This document shows positions 9,745 through 18,937 of a stretch of 64,000 nt of DNA, piece by piece. Source of the stretch: an uncultured Gemmatimonadales bacterium (GTDB lineage: Bacteria; Gemmatimonadota; Gemmatimonadetes; Longimicrobiales; Longimicrobiaceae); contig OY970303.1 in assembly GCA_963716255.1 (NCBI GenBank), positions 1,344,001 through 1,408,000 of the forward strand, written 5' to 3'. Both the position numbers and the translations under genes were made by a program. The notes beneath the pieces are model-generated. The model saw only the letters and a program-made list of their open reading frames with translations, did not search any database and had not been told where the DNA came from. The number at the start of each line of letters is the position of its first letter. The stretch's first letter is position 1.

Positions 9745-11355
9745 ATGGCCAGAAACCCCTCGCAGGACTTCGGCGGCTCCTCGGCGTCCACGCTCAATCC
9801 CCCCGGAATGGTGGGGCATGCCTCGGGAGACACGGGGTTCTTCGGCCACCCGCGCGGGCTGGCGACGCTGTTCTTCACCGAGATGTGGGAGCGGTTCTCG
9901 TACTACGGGCTCCGCCCCCTCCTGGTGCTGTTCATGGCCGCCGCGCTCGCGGAGGGCGGCTTCGGGTTCAGCCGCGACCAGGCGTCGGCCATCGTCGGCA
10001 TCTACGGCTTCAGCGTCTACCTCGCCTCGCTCCCCGGCGGCTGGGTCGCCGACCGGCTGCTGGGGCTCCAGCGCGCCATCTTCATCGGCGCCTGCCTCAT
10101 CACCGCCGGCCACCTTTCCATCGGCGTCTCCGGCTTCGCCGGCACCGCGGGCAAGGTGCCCTTCTTCCTGGGGCTGATCCTCATCGTCCTCGGGACGGGG
10201 CTCCTCAAGCCGAACATCTCCGCCATCGTCGGCGACCTGTACCCCGAGGGCGGCTCGCGGCGCGACGCGGGCTTCTCGATCTTCTACATGGGGATCAACG
10301 TCGGCGCCTTCTTCGGCCAGCTCATCACCGGCGCCCTCGGCGAGATGGTCGGCTGGCACTGGGGCTTCGGCGCCGCGGGCGTCGGCATGTTCGTGGGCCT
10401 GGTGGTGTTCATGCTCACGCGCGGCAGGACGCTGCAGGGCATCGGGACCGCGCCCACGCGCCACCCCGACCCGGCGGTGCAGTCGCGGCAGGAGCGCACC
10501 GTGAAGATCGCGCTCGGGATCGGGCTCGCGGCCATCGTCGTCACCTTCGCGCTCGCCGCCACCGGTTCCATCACCATCGACGCACAGGCAATCGGCAACG
10601 TCCTGGTGTACGTCACCCTCGTCATGGTGACGCTCTTCTTCCTCTTCGTCTTCGTCGCCGGCGGCATCAACGGGGACGAGAAGAAGCGCGTGGCGGTGAT
10701 CTTCGTCCTCTTCCTCTTCGCCATCGTCTTCTGGGGCGCTTTCGAGCAGGCGCCCACCTCGCTCAACCTCTTCGCCGCGGACTTCACCGACCGCCAGCTG
10801 GGCGGCTTCGAAGTCCCGGCCACCTGGTTCCAGTCCATCAACTCGGCCTTCATCATCCTCCTCGCGCCCGTGTTCGCGGCGATCTGGGTGGGGATGGGGC
10901 GGCGCGGCAAGGACCTGTCCTCGCCCGGCAAGTTCTCGCTGGGGCTGTTCTTCGCGGCCATCGGGTTCGCGATCATGATCGTCGCCGCCAACCGCGTCGT
11001 GGCGAGCGGCGGCCAGACGCTGGTGTCGCCGTGGTGGCTGGTGGGGAGCTACTTCTTCCAGACCATCGGCGAGCTGTGCCTGAGCCCCGTCGGCCTCTCC
11101 TCCATGACCAAGCTCTCGCCCCGCAAGTACGTCGGGCAGATGATGGGGATCTGGTTCACGGCGTCCGCGCTGGGCAACCTGATCGGCGGCCTGGTGGGCG
11201 GCCACGTGGACCCGGAGAAGCTGGAGCTGATGCCCGAGCTGTTCACGCGCACGACGATCTCGCTCGTGATCGCCGGGGTGGTGCTTGTGCTCCTGATCAT
11301 CCCCATCCGGCGCATGATGGCGGGAACCTCCACCGACGGCAGGGCCACGCACTGA
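9745..11355 (+). CDS. POT/PTR family proton-dependent oligopeptide transporter
   Basis: GHPRGLATLFFTEMWERFSYYG (ExxERFxYY) and FYMGINVG motifs. Confidence 0.96.
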   Translation: MARNPSQDFGGSSASTLNPPGMVGHASGDTGFFGHPRGLATLFFTEMWERFSYYGLRPLLVLFMAAALAEGGFGFSRDQASAIVGIYGFSVYLASLPGGWVADRLLGLQRAIFIGACLITAGHLSIGVSGFAGTAGKVPFFLGLILIVLGTGLLKPNISAIVGDLYPEGGSRRDAGFSIFYMGINVGAFFGQLITGALGEMVGWHWGFGAAGVGMFVGLVVFMLTRGRTLQGIGTAPTRHPDPAVQSRQERTVKIALGIGLAAIVVTFALAATGSITIDAQAIGNVLVYVTLVMVTLFFLFVFVAGGINGDEKKRVAVIFVLFLFAIVFWGAFEQAPTSLNLFAADFTDRQLGGFEVPATWFQSINSAFIILLAPVFAAIWVGMGRRGKDLSSPGKFSLGLFFAAIGFAIMIVAANRVVASGGQTLVSPWWLVGSYFFQTIGELCLSPVGLSSMTKLSPRKYVGQMMGIWFTASALGNLIGGLVGGHVDPEKLELMPELFTRTTISLVIAGVVLVLLIIPIRRMMAGTSTDGRATH

Positions 11356-11510
11356 GCCCGCCGACAGTGTGGCCGCGGCGGGGCGCCTTCCGGATCTCCG
11401 GGGGGCGCCCCGCCCGCGTTCCGGCCCCGGCGCGTCCGCACGCGCCTTGCAGCACGCGCCCCCGGGGGCGGAGGGCCCGGGGCCTGGATTCCAGAACGGG
11501 ACGGGACAGC

Positions 11511-11750
11511 ATGCACATGACCGACGAAGAGATCGCGGCCGAGCTCCAACGGCGGGGGCTGGAGGTGGAATACCTGCGGGAGCTGGCGTCGGCGCTGGGC
11601 TTCGCGGAGGAGGAAGGGTGGACGGAGGAGGTGTTCGGCGCCATCGAGGGGGCGGAGATGCACGTGCGGCGGCGGGCGGCGCTGCGCACCCTGGACATGG
11701 CGAGCGACCGGCACCCGCCGGGGGAAACGCTTGACAGCGGGACGACGTAG
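11511..11750 (+). CDS. Small acidic hypothetical protein
   Basis: MHMTDEEIAAELQRRGLEVEYLRELASALG...; GC3-biased codons. Confidence 0.6.
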   Translation: MHMTDEEIAAELQRRGLEVEYLRELASALGFAEEEGWTEEVFGAIEGAEMHVRRRAALRTLDMASDRHPPGETLDSGTT

Positions 11751-11786
11751 GCACAGCGTACAGACACGCCCTGGAACCCGGCCCGC

Positions 11787-12155
11787 ATGTTCCACGTAGA
11801 CTCTACAGACCCCACCCCCGTGGAGGTGCAGCTGGTGCGCACCATCCGCTCCGCCGTGGGCGCGGGGCTCCTGGAGCCCGGCGACCGGCTCCCCACCGTG
11901 CGGCAGCTCGCCGTGGAGCTGCGCGTCAACGCCAACGCGGTGGGCAGGGCCTACGACGAGCTGGCGCGCCAGGGGGTGCTGGAGGAGCGCCCCGGGGTGG
12001 GGACGCTGGTCCGCTCGGCCCGCGAAGCCATCCGGCGCGAGGAGCTGTACCTGGAGCTGTGCGCCCTGGAGGACTCGTTCCTCCGGGAGGCCGCGGAGCT
12101 GGGCTTCTCCCTGGACGACGTCATCATCCATCTCGACAGCCGCCGCACCCCGTAA
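11787..12155 (+). CDS. GntR family (YtrA-type) transcriptional regulator
   Basis: LEPGDRLPTVRQLAVELRVNANAVGRAYDEL wHTH, short C-terminal helix; TTGACA at 11731-11736 upstream. Confidence 0.9.
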   Translation: MFHVDSTDPTPVEVQLVRTIRSAVGAGLLEPGDRLPTVRQLAVELRVNANAVGRAYDELARQGVLEERPGVGTLVRSAREAIRREELYLELCALEDSFLREAAELGFSLDDVIIHLDSRRTP

Positions 12156-12169
12156 ATAAGGAGGGCTCC

Positions 12170-13132
12170 ATGCCCGCGACCGATCTCGCTCCCGTCCGTA
12201 CCGCCACCTCCCTGGCCACGGCGAAGGGGCCCCGCCCCAACATCCTCGCCGCCCTCAGCCTGGCCGCCCCCACGGTGGCGGGCATCGCCACGAGCGTCGT
12301 CACCGGCAGCCCGCTCGCCGCGCTCGTGGGGGTGGGGCTGGGGTTCGTCGCCACCCTGTCCCCCAAGATCGCGCGGCAGTGGGAGCGCGCGGTGGTGCTG
12401 CGCTGGGGACGCTACGTGGGGCTCAAGGGCCCCGGCCCCTTCTGGGTGATCCCCTTCGTGGACACCATCCCCGCCTGGATCGACCAGCGCACCGTCACCA
12501 CCAGCTTCGCCGCCGAGGAGACGCTGACCTCCGACACCGTCCCCGTGAACGTGGACGCGGTGCTCTTCTGGACGGTGTACGACCCGCAGAAGGCCGCGCT
12601 GGAGGTGCAGGACTACGCCCAGGCGGTGAGCTGGGCCGCGCAGACCGGGCTCCGCGACATCATCGGCCGCACCTCGCTGACGGACCTGCTGCGCGGCCGC
12701 GAGCGCATCGAGAAGGAGCTGGGGGCGCTGATCGACGAGCGCACCACGCCCTGGGGCGTCACCGTGCACTCCGTGGAGATGCGCGACGTCATCATCCCCG
12801 CCTCCCTCCAGGACGCCATGTCGCGCGAGGCGCAGGCGGCGCGCGAGAAGCAGGCGCGCATCATCCTGGGCGAGGCCGAGGTGGAGATCGCTCAGCTCTT
12901 CGAGAAGGCGTCGCACGCCTACCAGGGCAACCCCACCGCGCTGCAGCTGCGGCAGATGAACATCCTCTACGAAGGGCTCAAGCAGAAGGGCGGGATGATG
13001 GTGGTGCCCAGCAGCATCGTGGACTCCATGGGCGCCTCCGGAGTGCTGAGCGCCGCGGCCCTCGCCAAGCAGGGGGCCGCCGAGGCGGAGGAGCGCCGCG
13101 CGCCGGAACAGCTGCGGGTGGTGGAGGATTGA
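12170..13132 (+). CDS. SPFH/slipin (stomatin-like) protein
   Basis: QWERAVVLRWG, AAQTGLRDIIG, AMSREAQAAREKQARII, ALQLR motifs; AAGGAGG RBS. Confidence 0.92.
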   Translation: MPATDLAPVRTATSLATAKGPRPNILAALSLAAPTVAGIATSVVTGSPLAALVGVGLGFVATLSPKIARQWERAVVLRWGRYVGLKGPGPFWVIPFVDTIPAWIDQRTVTTSFAAEETLTSDTVPVNVDAVLFWTVYDPQKAALEVQDYAQAVSWAAQTGLRDIIGRTSLTDLLRGRERIEKELGALIDERTTPWGVTVHSVEMRDVIIPASLQDAMSREAQAAREKQARIILGEAEVEIAQLFEKASHAYQGNPTALQLRQMNILYEGLKQKGGMMVVPSSIVDSMGASGVLSAAALAKQGAAEAEERRAPEQLRVVED

Positions 13133-13153
13133 ACTGATCTGAACTGCTGGGTT

Positions 13154-13284
13154 GGGCGTGTCCCCGGCTGGCGCCGGGGTCGGGCTTCGGCTCCGTAGCA
13201 AACGATACTACCGTTTGCAACGGAGTCGAGCCCCGACGATACTGCTGTCGGGTCTCGCCCCTTCGGGCCGAAATCCCTCACGCG
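13154..13284 (+). repeat. Family A structured repeat, copy 3
   Basis: Stem GCAAACG/CGTTTGC with loop ATACTAC; second stem CCCGAC/GTCGGG. Confidence 0.95.
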
Positions 13285-13363
13285 GGCATTGCGCTGGCGT
13301 CCGCGCGGGTGGGCCCCCCTCACCCCCGGGGAGCCTGATCTGCACGGATTCCGTATGAGTAGA

Positions 13364-13403
13364 GACGAAGCCCCGCCCTCCGCATGGAGGGTGGGGCTTC
13401 GTC
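13364..13403. terminator. Long hairpin between convergent genes
   Basis: GACGAAGCCCCGCCCTCC-GCAT-GGAGGGTGGGGCTTCGTC. Confidence 0.5.
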
Positions 13404-13424
13404 GTCGCCGTGCCGTTCGCCGTT

Positions 13425-13576
13425 CCGCAGTACCCCCCAAATTCTGTTCGGAGGGAGACTCGCCGGCTGTTTGGCGAGGCTCACTCCGGCGCAGGGAAAC
13501 CCGCCGGCCGTTTGGCGGGGTTCCCGGAGCCCGCGGAGGAGACGGACAGCAGTACCGTCCGGCTCCGTAGCGGCCC
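13425..13576 (+). repeat. Family B triple-hairpin repeat, copy 1
   Basis: CCGCAGTACCC...GGAGGGAGAC-stem-GGCTGTTT-stem x3...GGCTCCGTAGCGGCCC. Confidence 0.85.
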
Positions 13577-13601
13577 GCCAAACGGTCCGCAGACGCTCAA
13601 A

Positions 13602-16055
13602 TCACTCGCCGTACGGCACCCAGATGTTCTTGACCTGCGTCGCCTGGCGCAGGAACTCGCGCCCCTCGCCCTGCTCCGCCACGGACCAGTCGCGCCCCCG
13701 GCCGTAGTCGACCCAGGTGCGCTTCATGTTCCCCGCGGAAAGCCGCTCGACGTCCGTGCTCCCCTGCGCCGTGCCGAAGTACCAGACGCCGTCCACGTCG
13801 TCGTGCGACGCCAGCGTCCCGGCGAGCTCCTCGCGCAGCCCGGTGACGATGTTGATGACGCCGCCCGGAACATCGGAGGTGTCCAGCACCTGGTAGAAGT
13901 CGGTCGCCGCGAGCGGGAAGCGCTCCGAGGGCACCGCGACCACCGTGTTGCCCACCGCGACCGCCGGCGCCACCAGCGACACGAAGCCCAGCAGCGGCGC
14001 CTCGTCCGGGCAGACGATGCCCAGCACGCCCAGCGGCTCGTTCATGGCCAGGGTGACGTTGCGGAACGGGGTCTGGTGCACCAGCCCGTCGTACTTGTCC
14101 GCCCACGCGGCCCAGGTGTACAGCCGGCGGATGGAGGCGTCCACCTCGCGCGCCGCGGCGGCCTCGTCGCCGCTCCCCCGGGCCAGCCGCCGCGCGAACT
14201 CCTCGCCGCGCGCCGCCAGGTTCTCGGCCACGTAGAAGAGCACCTGCGCGCGGTTGTGCGCCGTCTGCCTGGCCCACCTGGCCGCCTTGTGCGCCGCCTC
14301 CACGGCGTTGCGCAGGTCCTTGCGGTTGCCGCGCCCCACCTCGCCCAGCTGCCGCCCGTCGGCGCCGCGCACCGGGAGCGAGTACCCGGAATCCGGCCGC
14401 GCCTGCTTGCCGCCCACGTACAGCTTCGCCGTCCGGTCGATGGGCGGCGGCCCCGCCGGCGCCACCGCCGCAGCCACATCGGACTCAGCCGCCTCAGCCG
14501 TCGCCGTTGCCGGCTGTTCCCTGTGGAGCTGCGGGCCCTCGCTCGCTTCGCTCCCTGTTCCCTGTTCCCTGCCCTTCTTGTTTTCCTGCCACCCCGCCTT
14601 GACGTACTCCCACAGCCCTTCCCTACCGCCCTCGCGCCCGAAGCCGCTCTCGCGGTAGCCGCCGAAGCCGGAGGCCGCGTCGAAGACGTTGGTGCAGTTG
14701 ATCCACACCGTGCCGGCGACCAGCTTGGGCGCGATGTCGAGCGCCAGGTTGACGCTTTCCGTCCACACGCTGGCGGCCAGCCCGTAACGGGTGTTGTTGG
14801 CCAGCTCCACCGCCTCGCCCGGGGTGCGGAAGGTCATCAGCACCACCACCGGCCCGAAGATCTCCTCCTGGGCGACGACGGAGGAGGGGGACACGTCGGT
14901 GAAGAGCGAGGGCGGGAAGAAGCACCCTTCCTGCGGGCAGCTCCACGACGGCTGCCACAGGGTGGCGCCCTCGTCCTGTCCCTGCCGGACCAGCTCCTGG
15001 ATCTTCTGGAGCTGCTGCGGCGAGTTGATGGCGCCGATGTCGACCGCCTTGTCCAGCGGGTCGCCCACGCGCAGCGTTTCCATGCGGGCGCGCAGCTTGG
15101 CGACCAGCCGGTCGGCGATCCCCTCCTGGGCCAGGATGCGCGAGCCGGCGCAGCAGACCTGCCCCTGGTTGAACCAGATGGCGTCCACCACGCCCTCCAC
15201 CACGCTGTCCAGGTCGGCGTCCTCGAACACCACGAAGGGCGATTTGCCGCCCAGCTCCAGCGACAGCTTCTTGCCGCTCCCGGCCGTGGCGATGCGGATG
15301 ATGCGCCCCACCTCGGTGCTGCCGGTGAAGGCGATCTTGTCCACGCCGGGGTGCTCCACCACCAGCGATCCCGTGCGCCCGTCGCCGGTGACCACGTTGA
15401 CCACGCCGGGCGGGAGCCCCACCTCGCGGCACACGTCGGCGAAGAGGAGCGCGGTGAGCGAGGTGAACTCGGCGGGCTTGAGCACCACCGTGTTCCCCAT
15501 GGCCAGCGCGGGGGCGATCTTCCACGACAGCATCAGCAGCGGGAAGTTCCACGGGATGATCTGCCCCACGACGCCGACCGGCACGGCGCCGGGGAGCTCG
15601 ACCTCCATGAGCTGCGCCCACCCGGCGTGGTGGTAGAAGTGCCGCGCCGCCAGGGGGATGTCGATGTCGCGCGACTCGCGGATGGGCTTGCCGTTGTCCA
15701 GGGACTCCAGCACGGCGAAGAGGCGCGAGTGCTTCTGGAGCTGGCGCGCGAGGGCGTACAGGTAGCGCGCCCGGGCGTGGCCGCCCATGGCGCGCCAGCC
15801 GGCGAGCGCCCCGCGCGCGGCGCTCACGGCGTCCTCCACGTCCCGGGGCCCGGCCTGCGCCAGCCGCGCGAGCGCCTTTCCGTTGGCGGGGTTGGTGGTC
15901 TCGAAGTGCTCCCCCGACCGCGGCTCGCGCCACTCCCCGGCGACGAACAGCTTCATCGTGCGGTCCCGCTCGTCCAGCCAGCGGTCGGCCAGCGACGCGC
16001 TCTCGGGGGCGGGTCCGTATTCCATGGTCTCGAAGATCTCGGCGATGCTGCTCAT
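13602..16055 (-). CDS. Double-domain aldehyde dehydrogenase (ALDH16-like)
   Basis: PWNFP, FTGSTEVG, ELGGKSP, GQVCCAG, EEIFGPV, followed by a second degenerate ALDH domain. Confidence 0.95.
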   Translation of the reverse strand: MSSIAEIFETMEYGPAPESASLADRWLDERDRTMKLFVAGEWREPRSGEHFETTNPANGKALARLAQAGPRDVEDAVSAARGALAGWRAMGGHARARYLYALARQLQKHSRLFAVLESLDNGKPIRESRDIDIPLAARHFYHHAGWAQLMEVELPGAVPVGVVGQIIPWNFPLLMLSWKIAPALAMGNTVVLKPAEFTSLTALLFADVCREVGLPPGVVNVVTGDGRTGSLVVEHPGVDKIAFTGSTEVGRIIRIATAGSGKKLSLELGGKSPFVVFEDADLDSVVEGVVDAIWFNQGQVCCAGSRILAQEGIADRLVAKLRARMETLRVGDPLDKAVDIGAINSPQQLQKIQELVRQGQDEGATLWQPSWSCPQEGCFFPPSLFTDVSPSSVVAQEEIFGPVVVLMTFRTPGEAVELANNTRYGLAASVWTESVNLALDIAPKLVAGTVWINCTNVFDAASGFGGYRESGFGREGGREGLWEYVKAGWQENKKGREQGTGSEASEGPQLHREQPATATAEAAESDVAAAVAPAGPPPIDRTAKLYVGGKQARPDSGYSLPVRGADGRQLGEVGRGNRKDLRNAVEAAHKAARWARQTAHNRAQVLFYVAENLAARGEEFARRLARGSGDEAAAAREVDASIRRLYTWAAWADKYDGLVHQTPFRNVTLAMNEPLGVLGIVCPDEAPLLGFVSLVAPAVAVGNTVVAVPSERFPLAATDFYQVLDTSDVPGGVINIVTGLREELAGTLASHDDVDGVWYFGTAQGSTDVERLSAGNMKRTWVDYGRGRDWSVAEQGEGREFLRQATQVKNIWVPYGE

Positions 16056-16082
16056 GTCGTTTCCGGGAAGCCGTTCAGGCGG

Positions 16083-16303
16083 TCATTCTTCAAAAAGGGC
16101 GCGAGCAAGACCGGACTGGCGAATGATGGAGAGGAGCGTCCCGGTCTGCAGCTCGGAGTGATCCGGAACGGGAACGGTGATCGTGGAGCCGCGCATTCGC
16201 TTCTGCATGACGACGTGACTGCCACGCTGCCGCACCTGCTCGAAGCCGTGCTGTGCCAGGATCCGGCAATACTTCACGCCCGGAAAGGACGCGCAGTCTA
16301 CCC
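16083..16303 (-). pseudogene. hicA: HicA-family toxin with disrupted 5' end (or shortened CDS from GTG at 16277)
   Basis: GRLRVLSGREV in one frame, CRILAQHGFEQVRQRGSHVVMQK...VPVPDHSELQTGTLLSIIRQSGL in another; extra base near 16269. Confidence 0.7.
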
Positions 16304-16525
16304 GACCGCCACCTCGAGCCGGGTCACATAGACTTCTCCGCGCAGCCGGTCCCGTACTTCCTCCGGATCCGCCGTCTCGACGAACAGTTCCAGGGCTTCG
16401 ACGAGGTTTCTGCGAGCGTCCTCGATCGTATCGCCCTGGCTGGCGATATCCAGCTCGGGCGAGAGTGCGACGTACCCGTCGCCCTCTCGTTCGATGATGG
16501 CAGTGAGCTGATGGACCTGCTTCAT
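16298..16525 (-). CDS. hicB: HicB-family antitoxin (short)
   Basis: LTAIIEREGDGYVALSPELDIASQGDTIEDARRNLVEALELF; GGAGGT RBS. Confidence 0.9.
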   Translation of the reverse strand: MKQVHQLTAIIEREGDGYVALSPELDIASQGDTIEDARRNLVEALELFVETADPEEVRDRLRGEVYVTRLEVAVG

Positions 16526-16620
16526 TGGCGTACCTCCGATCGGTCAGGACGGGCTCGTGCGCCGCTGGACCGTCCAATGTAGCCTGCCGGCCATCGTCGT
16601 TCAACGCATGGGGAGCCGGA

Positions 16621-17454
16621 TCACCGGTCGCGCGTCCAGATGACCAGGGTGCCGCACTGCAACGTGTCGGTGCGGAACTCGGGCGGGGTGCCGCCGCCGG
16701 GGCGGTAGAACTCGATGGCCTCGATCCCGTGGGAGGCGAAGGAGTTCAGGTCCGGCGGCGGGCTGGTGGCGTCGGCGCCCCAGCTCTGGCCGTAGATGCG
16801 CATGCCGTCCAGGAACACCTGCGCGTAGCAGGGGCGGGGCGGCTTGCCGCTGAGCGCCCCGGGGGTGGTGCCGGTGCCGCGCTCGGTGGCGATGAAGACC
16901 CCGCTGCCGTCGCCGCTGGAAACCATGCGCAGCCCCGGGACCGCCCTCCGCATGATCTCGGTGAGCTTGCGATCTCCCTGCCGCTCCAGCTGCTCGCGGG
17001 TGAGGAAGAAGCCGGTCGCCCGCTGGCGGCGCGCCTCGAAGGCGCGCATCCGCGCCGGCACGGCCATGGCCGTGACCGTCACCGGGGCCATGGAGGTGGG
17101 CGCCGCCGCGAGGAGCAGCGTGTGCTCCGCGGAGGCGCCGGCGGAAACCGTGACCTTCATCTGCAGCGGCGCGTAGCCCAGGCGCTGCACCTGCAGGTCG
17201 TGGGTGCCGGCCGGGAGCCCCTCCACGGCGAAGCGGCCCAGGCTGTCGGTGAGCGCGCCCCGGCCGAGCGCGGGGAGCGACACCTGGGCCCCCGCCACGG
17301 GGAGGTTGCCGGCGCGCTCGCGGACCGTGCCCCGGAGCGCCGCGTCCTGCGCGGCCGCGCCGCCGGCGGCGGCCAGCAGAGCCGCGAAGGCCAGGAGCGC
17401 GGCGCGGAGGGTGCCCGCGAGGGAGGCAAGGCGGCGGGTCGAGTGAAGGAGCAT
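16621..17454 (-). CDS. Secreted carboxypeptidase-regulatory-like domain protein with plug-like C-terminus
   Basis: Signal peptide, TDSLGRFAVEGLPAG, VFLDG...IEAIEFY...CGTLVIWTR. Confidence 0.8.
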   Translation of the reverse strand: MLLHSTRRLASLAGTLRAALLAFAALLAAAGGAAAQDAALRGTVRERAGNLPVAGAQVSLPALGRGALTDSLGRFAVEGLPAGTHDLQVQRLGYAPLQMKVTVSAGASAEHTLLLAAAPTSMAPVTVTAMAVPARMRAFEARRQRATGFFLTREQLERQGDRKLTEIMRRAVPGLRMVSSGDGSGVFIATERGTGTTPGALSGKPPRPCYAQVFLDGMRIYGQSWGADATSPPPDLNSFASHGIEAIEFYRPGGGTPPEFRTDTLQCGTLVIWTRDR

Positions 17455-17507
17455 GGGGGCGAAGCGTGTGGAGGGGATCGGGGGAGCAGCGGACGCCGGG
17501 ACGACCT

Positions 17508-17903
17508 TCAGTCGGTTCCTGCCGGAAGCCGGTCGATGGATTCTTCGGCGACGCGGATGAACTCGTCGGCATCCGCGATGAGCTGTCGGGCCGTGGCCGA
17601 GTCCACGTCGGGACCGACGCCATAGTCGCCGAGGTTGCGGATCGCCGCTGCTTCGATCAGCTGCCGGTGCATGCTCGCCGGGAGAACCCCGCTGCGGGCG
17701 AAGTGCTGTCCGAACGCGGCGTGCACGGCCGAGTGCTTCGAGAACTTCAGGCCGCGGCCACGGAGGAATGCGTCGGCGACGTAGAACATCGCGTAGTACG
17801 CCCGCGATGCGGCGAAGTCGTAGTGGTGCTCGCCGAGCAGGAGCCGGGCCGCGTCCGCGCTGCTGCGCGCCTTGCGGAGGAGGCCTGCCTGGTCAGGCGT
17901 CAT
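17508..17903 (-). CDS. HEPN domain protein (UPF0332-type)
   Basis: AASRAYYAMFY, KHSAVHAAFG, RNLGDY; overlaps the MNT stop. Confidence 0.9.
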   Translation of the reverse strand: MTPDQAGLLRKARSSADAARLLLGEHHYDFAASRAYYAMFYVADAFLRGRGLKFSKHSAVHAAFGQHFARSGVLPASMHRQLIEAAAIRNLGDYGVGPDVDSATARQLIADADEFIRVAEESIDRLPAGTD

Positions 17904-18220
17904 ACGGCGACGCCTTCGCTGCGGACGTTGAGCACGAAGGGGCTCGCCTCGGAGTGGAAGCGCTCCGCGGAGAGGAAGGTGACGGCCACGTCCAGCCCGG
18001 TGCGGAGCGACACGTCCGACACCATCCCGCCGGTCCGCCGGATCTCCTGGACGGGCCGCACCTCACCGTGAAGCACCACCAGCACGTCTACGTCGGACTC
18101 GGGGGTGGCGTCGCCGCGCGCCTGGGAGCCGAACAGGACCATGCGCTCCAGGCGCGGTCCGTACAGCCCTTCCAGCCCGCCGCGCAGCTCCGCGACGATC
18201 CTGGACACGGTGTCGGTCAA
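17900..18220 (-). CDS. Minimal nucleotidyltransferase (MNT antitoxin)
   Basis: LFGSQARGDATPESDVDVLVV (GSx10DxD); TTG start with GGAGG RBS. Confidence 0.9.
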   Translation of the reverse strand: MTDTVSRIVAELRGGLEGLYGPRLERMVLFGSQARGDATPESDVDVLVVLHGEVRPVQEIRRTGGMVSDVSLRTGLDVAVTFLSAERFHSEASPFVLNVRSEGVAV

Positions 18221-18441
18221 GGGTCCACCTCCGGCGAACGAGACTGTGCGCGAGGCGGCGCGGCGCCGCACGCTGAATGTACGTCCGCGGCCGCCGCACC
18301 TCAACGTATGCGACGGCCGGTGGGGATCTCCGCCGCCGGGTCGCCGGCGGGCGGGGCGGACGGCATCCTTTACATCCTGCCCGACCTCCGGACATATTTC
18401 GCGACACGAAACATCCACCCACCCGGCACCCGGAGGATCCA

Positions 18442-18606
18442 GTGCAGAACCACGCCCAGCAGGTCCGCAAGCTCGTGCTCAACCGCGAGACGGTCCGCAA
18501 CCTCACCCGCAGCGGGTCCGTGCCCCTCACCGGGGTATCCAACACCAACTGCCTGTGCAGCGAGAGCGGCTGCAACCCGTCCGTCACCATCTGCACGGCG
18601 CAGTAG
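18442..18606 (+). CDS. Cys-rich RiPP-like precursor peptide 1 (54 aa)
   Basis: GGAGG RBS then GTG: (M)QNHAQQVRKLVLNRETVRNLTRSGSVPLTGVSNTNCLCSESGCNPSVTICTAQ. Confidence 0.75.
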   Translation: MQNHAQQVRKLVLNRETVRNLTRSGSVPLTGVSNTNCLCSESGCNPSVTICTAQ

Positions 18607-18699
18607 CCGGCGGACGGGCCGCTTTCGCCGCGGTTCGGTAGATGCATCGCCGGCGCGCACGGCTGTCAGCGTGGGCCCACCTGAACCGGAGCGCCGGCG

Positions 18700-18906
18700 A
18701 TGCAAGACGAACTTGAGGGGACGATCACCCGGATCAAGCCGCTCGCCGATTCGGTGGTGGAGGCCGCGATGGCGCTCAACGCCGCCATCCGCGGCGCCTG
18801 CGAGCAGGGGCTCACGGTGCGGCTGGACGTGGTGGAGGAGCACCGGGAGAGCGACGACGAGCCCGTGCCCATGGTGCGCGCCAGGATCTCCAAGCGCATT
18901 GCCTGA
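18700..18906 (+). CDS. Small hypothetical protein
   Basis: 68 aa, GGAG RBS, GC3-biased codons. Confidence 0.6.
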   Translation: MQDELEGTITRIKPLADSVVEAAMALNAAIRGACEQGLTVRLDVVEEHRESDDEPVPMVRARISKRIA

Positions 18907-18937
18907 GCGCGGCGGAACCCCTCATCCTGCGAGGCGT

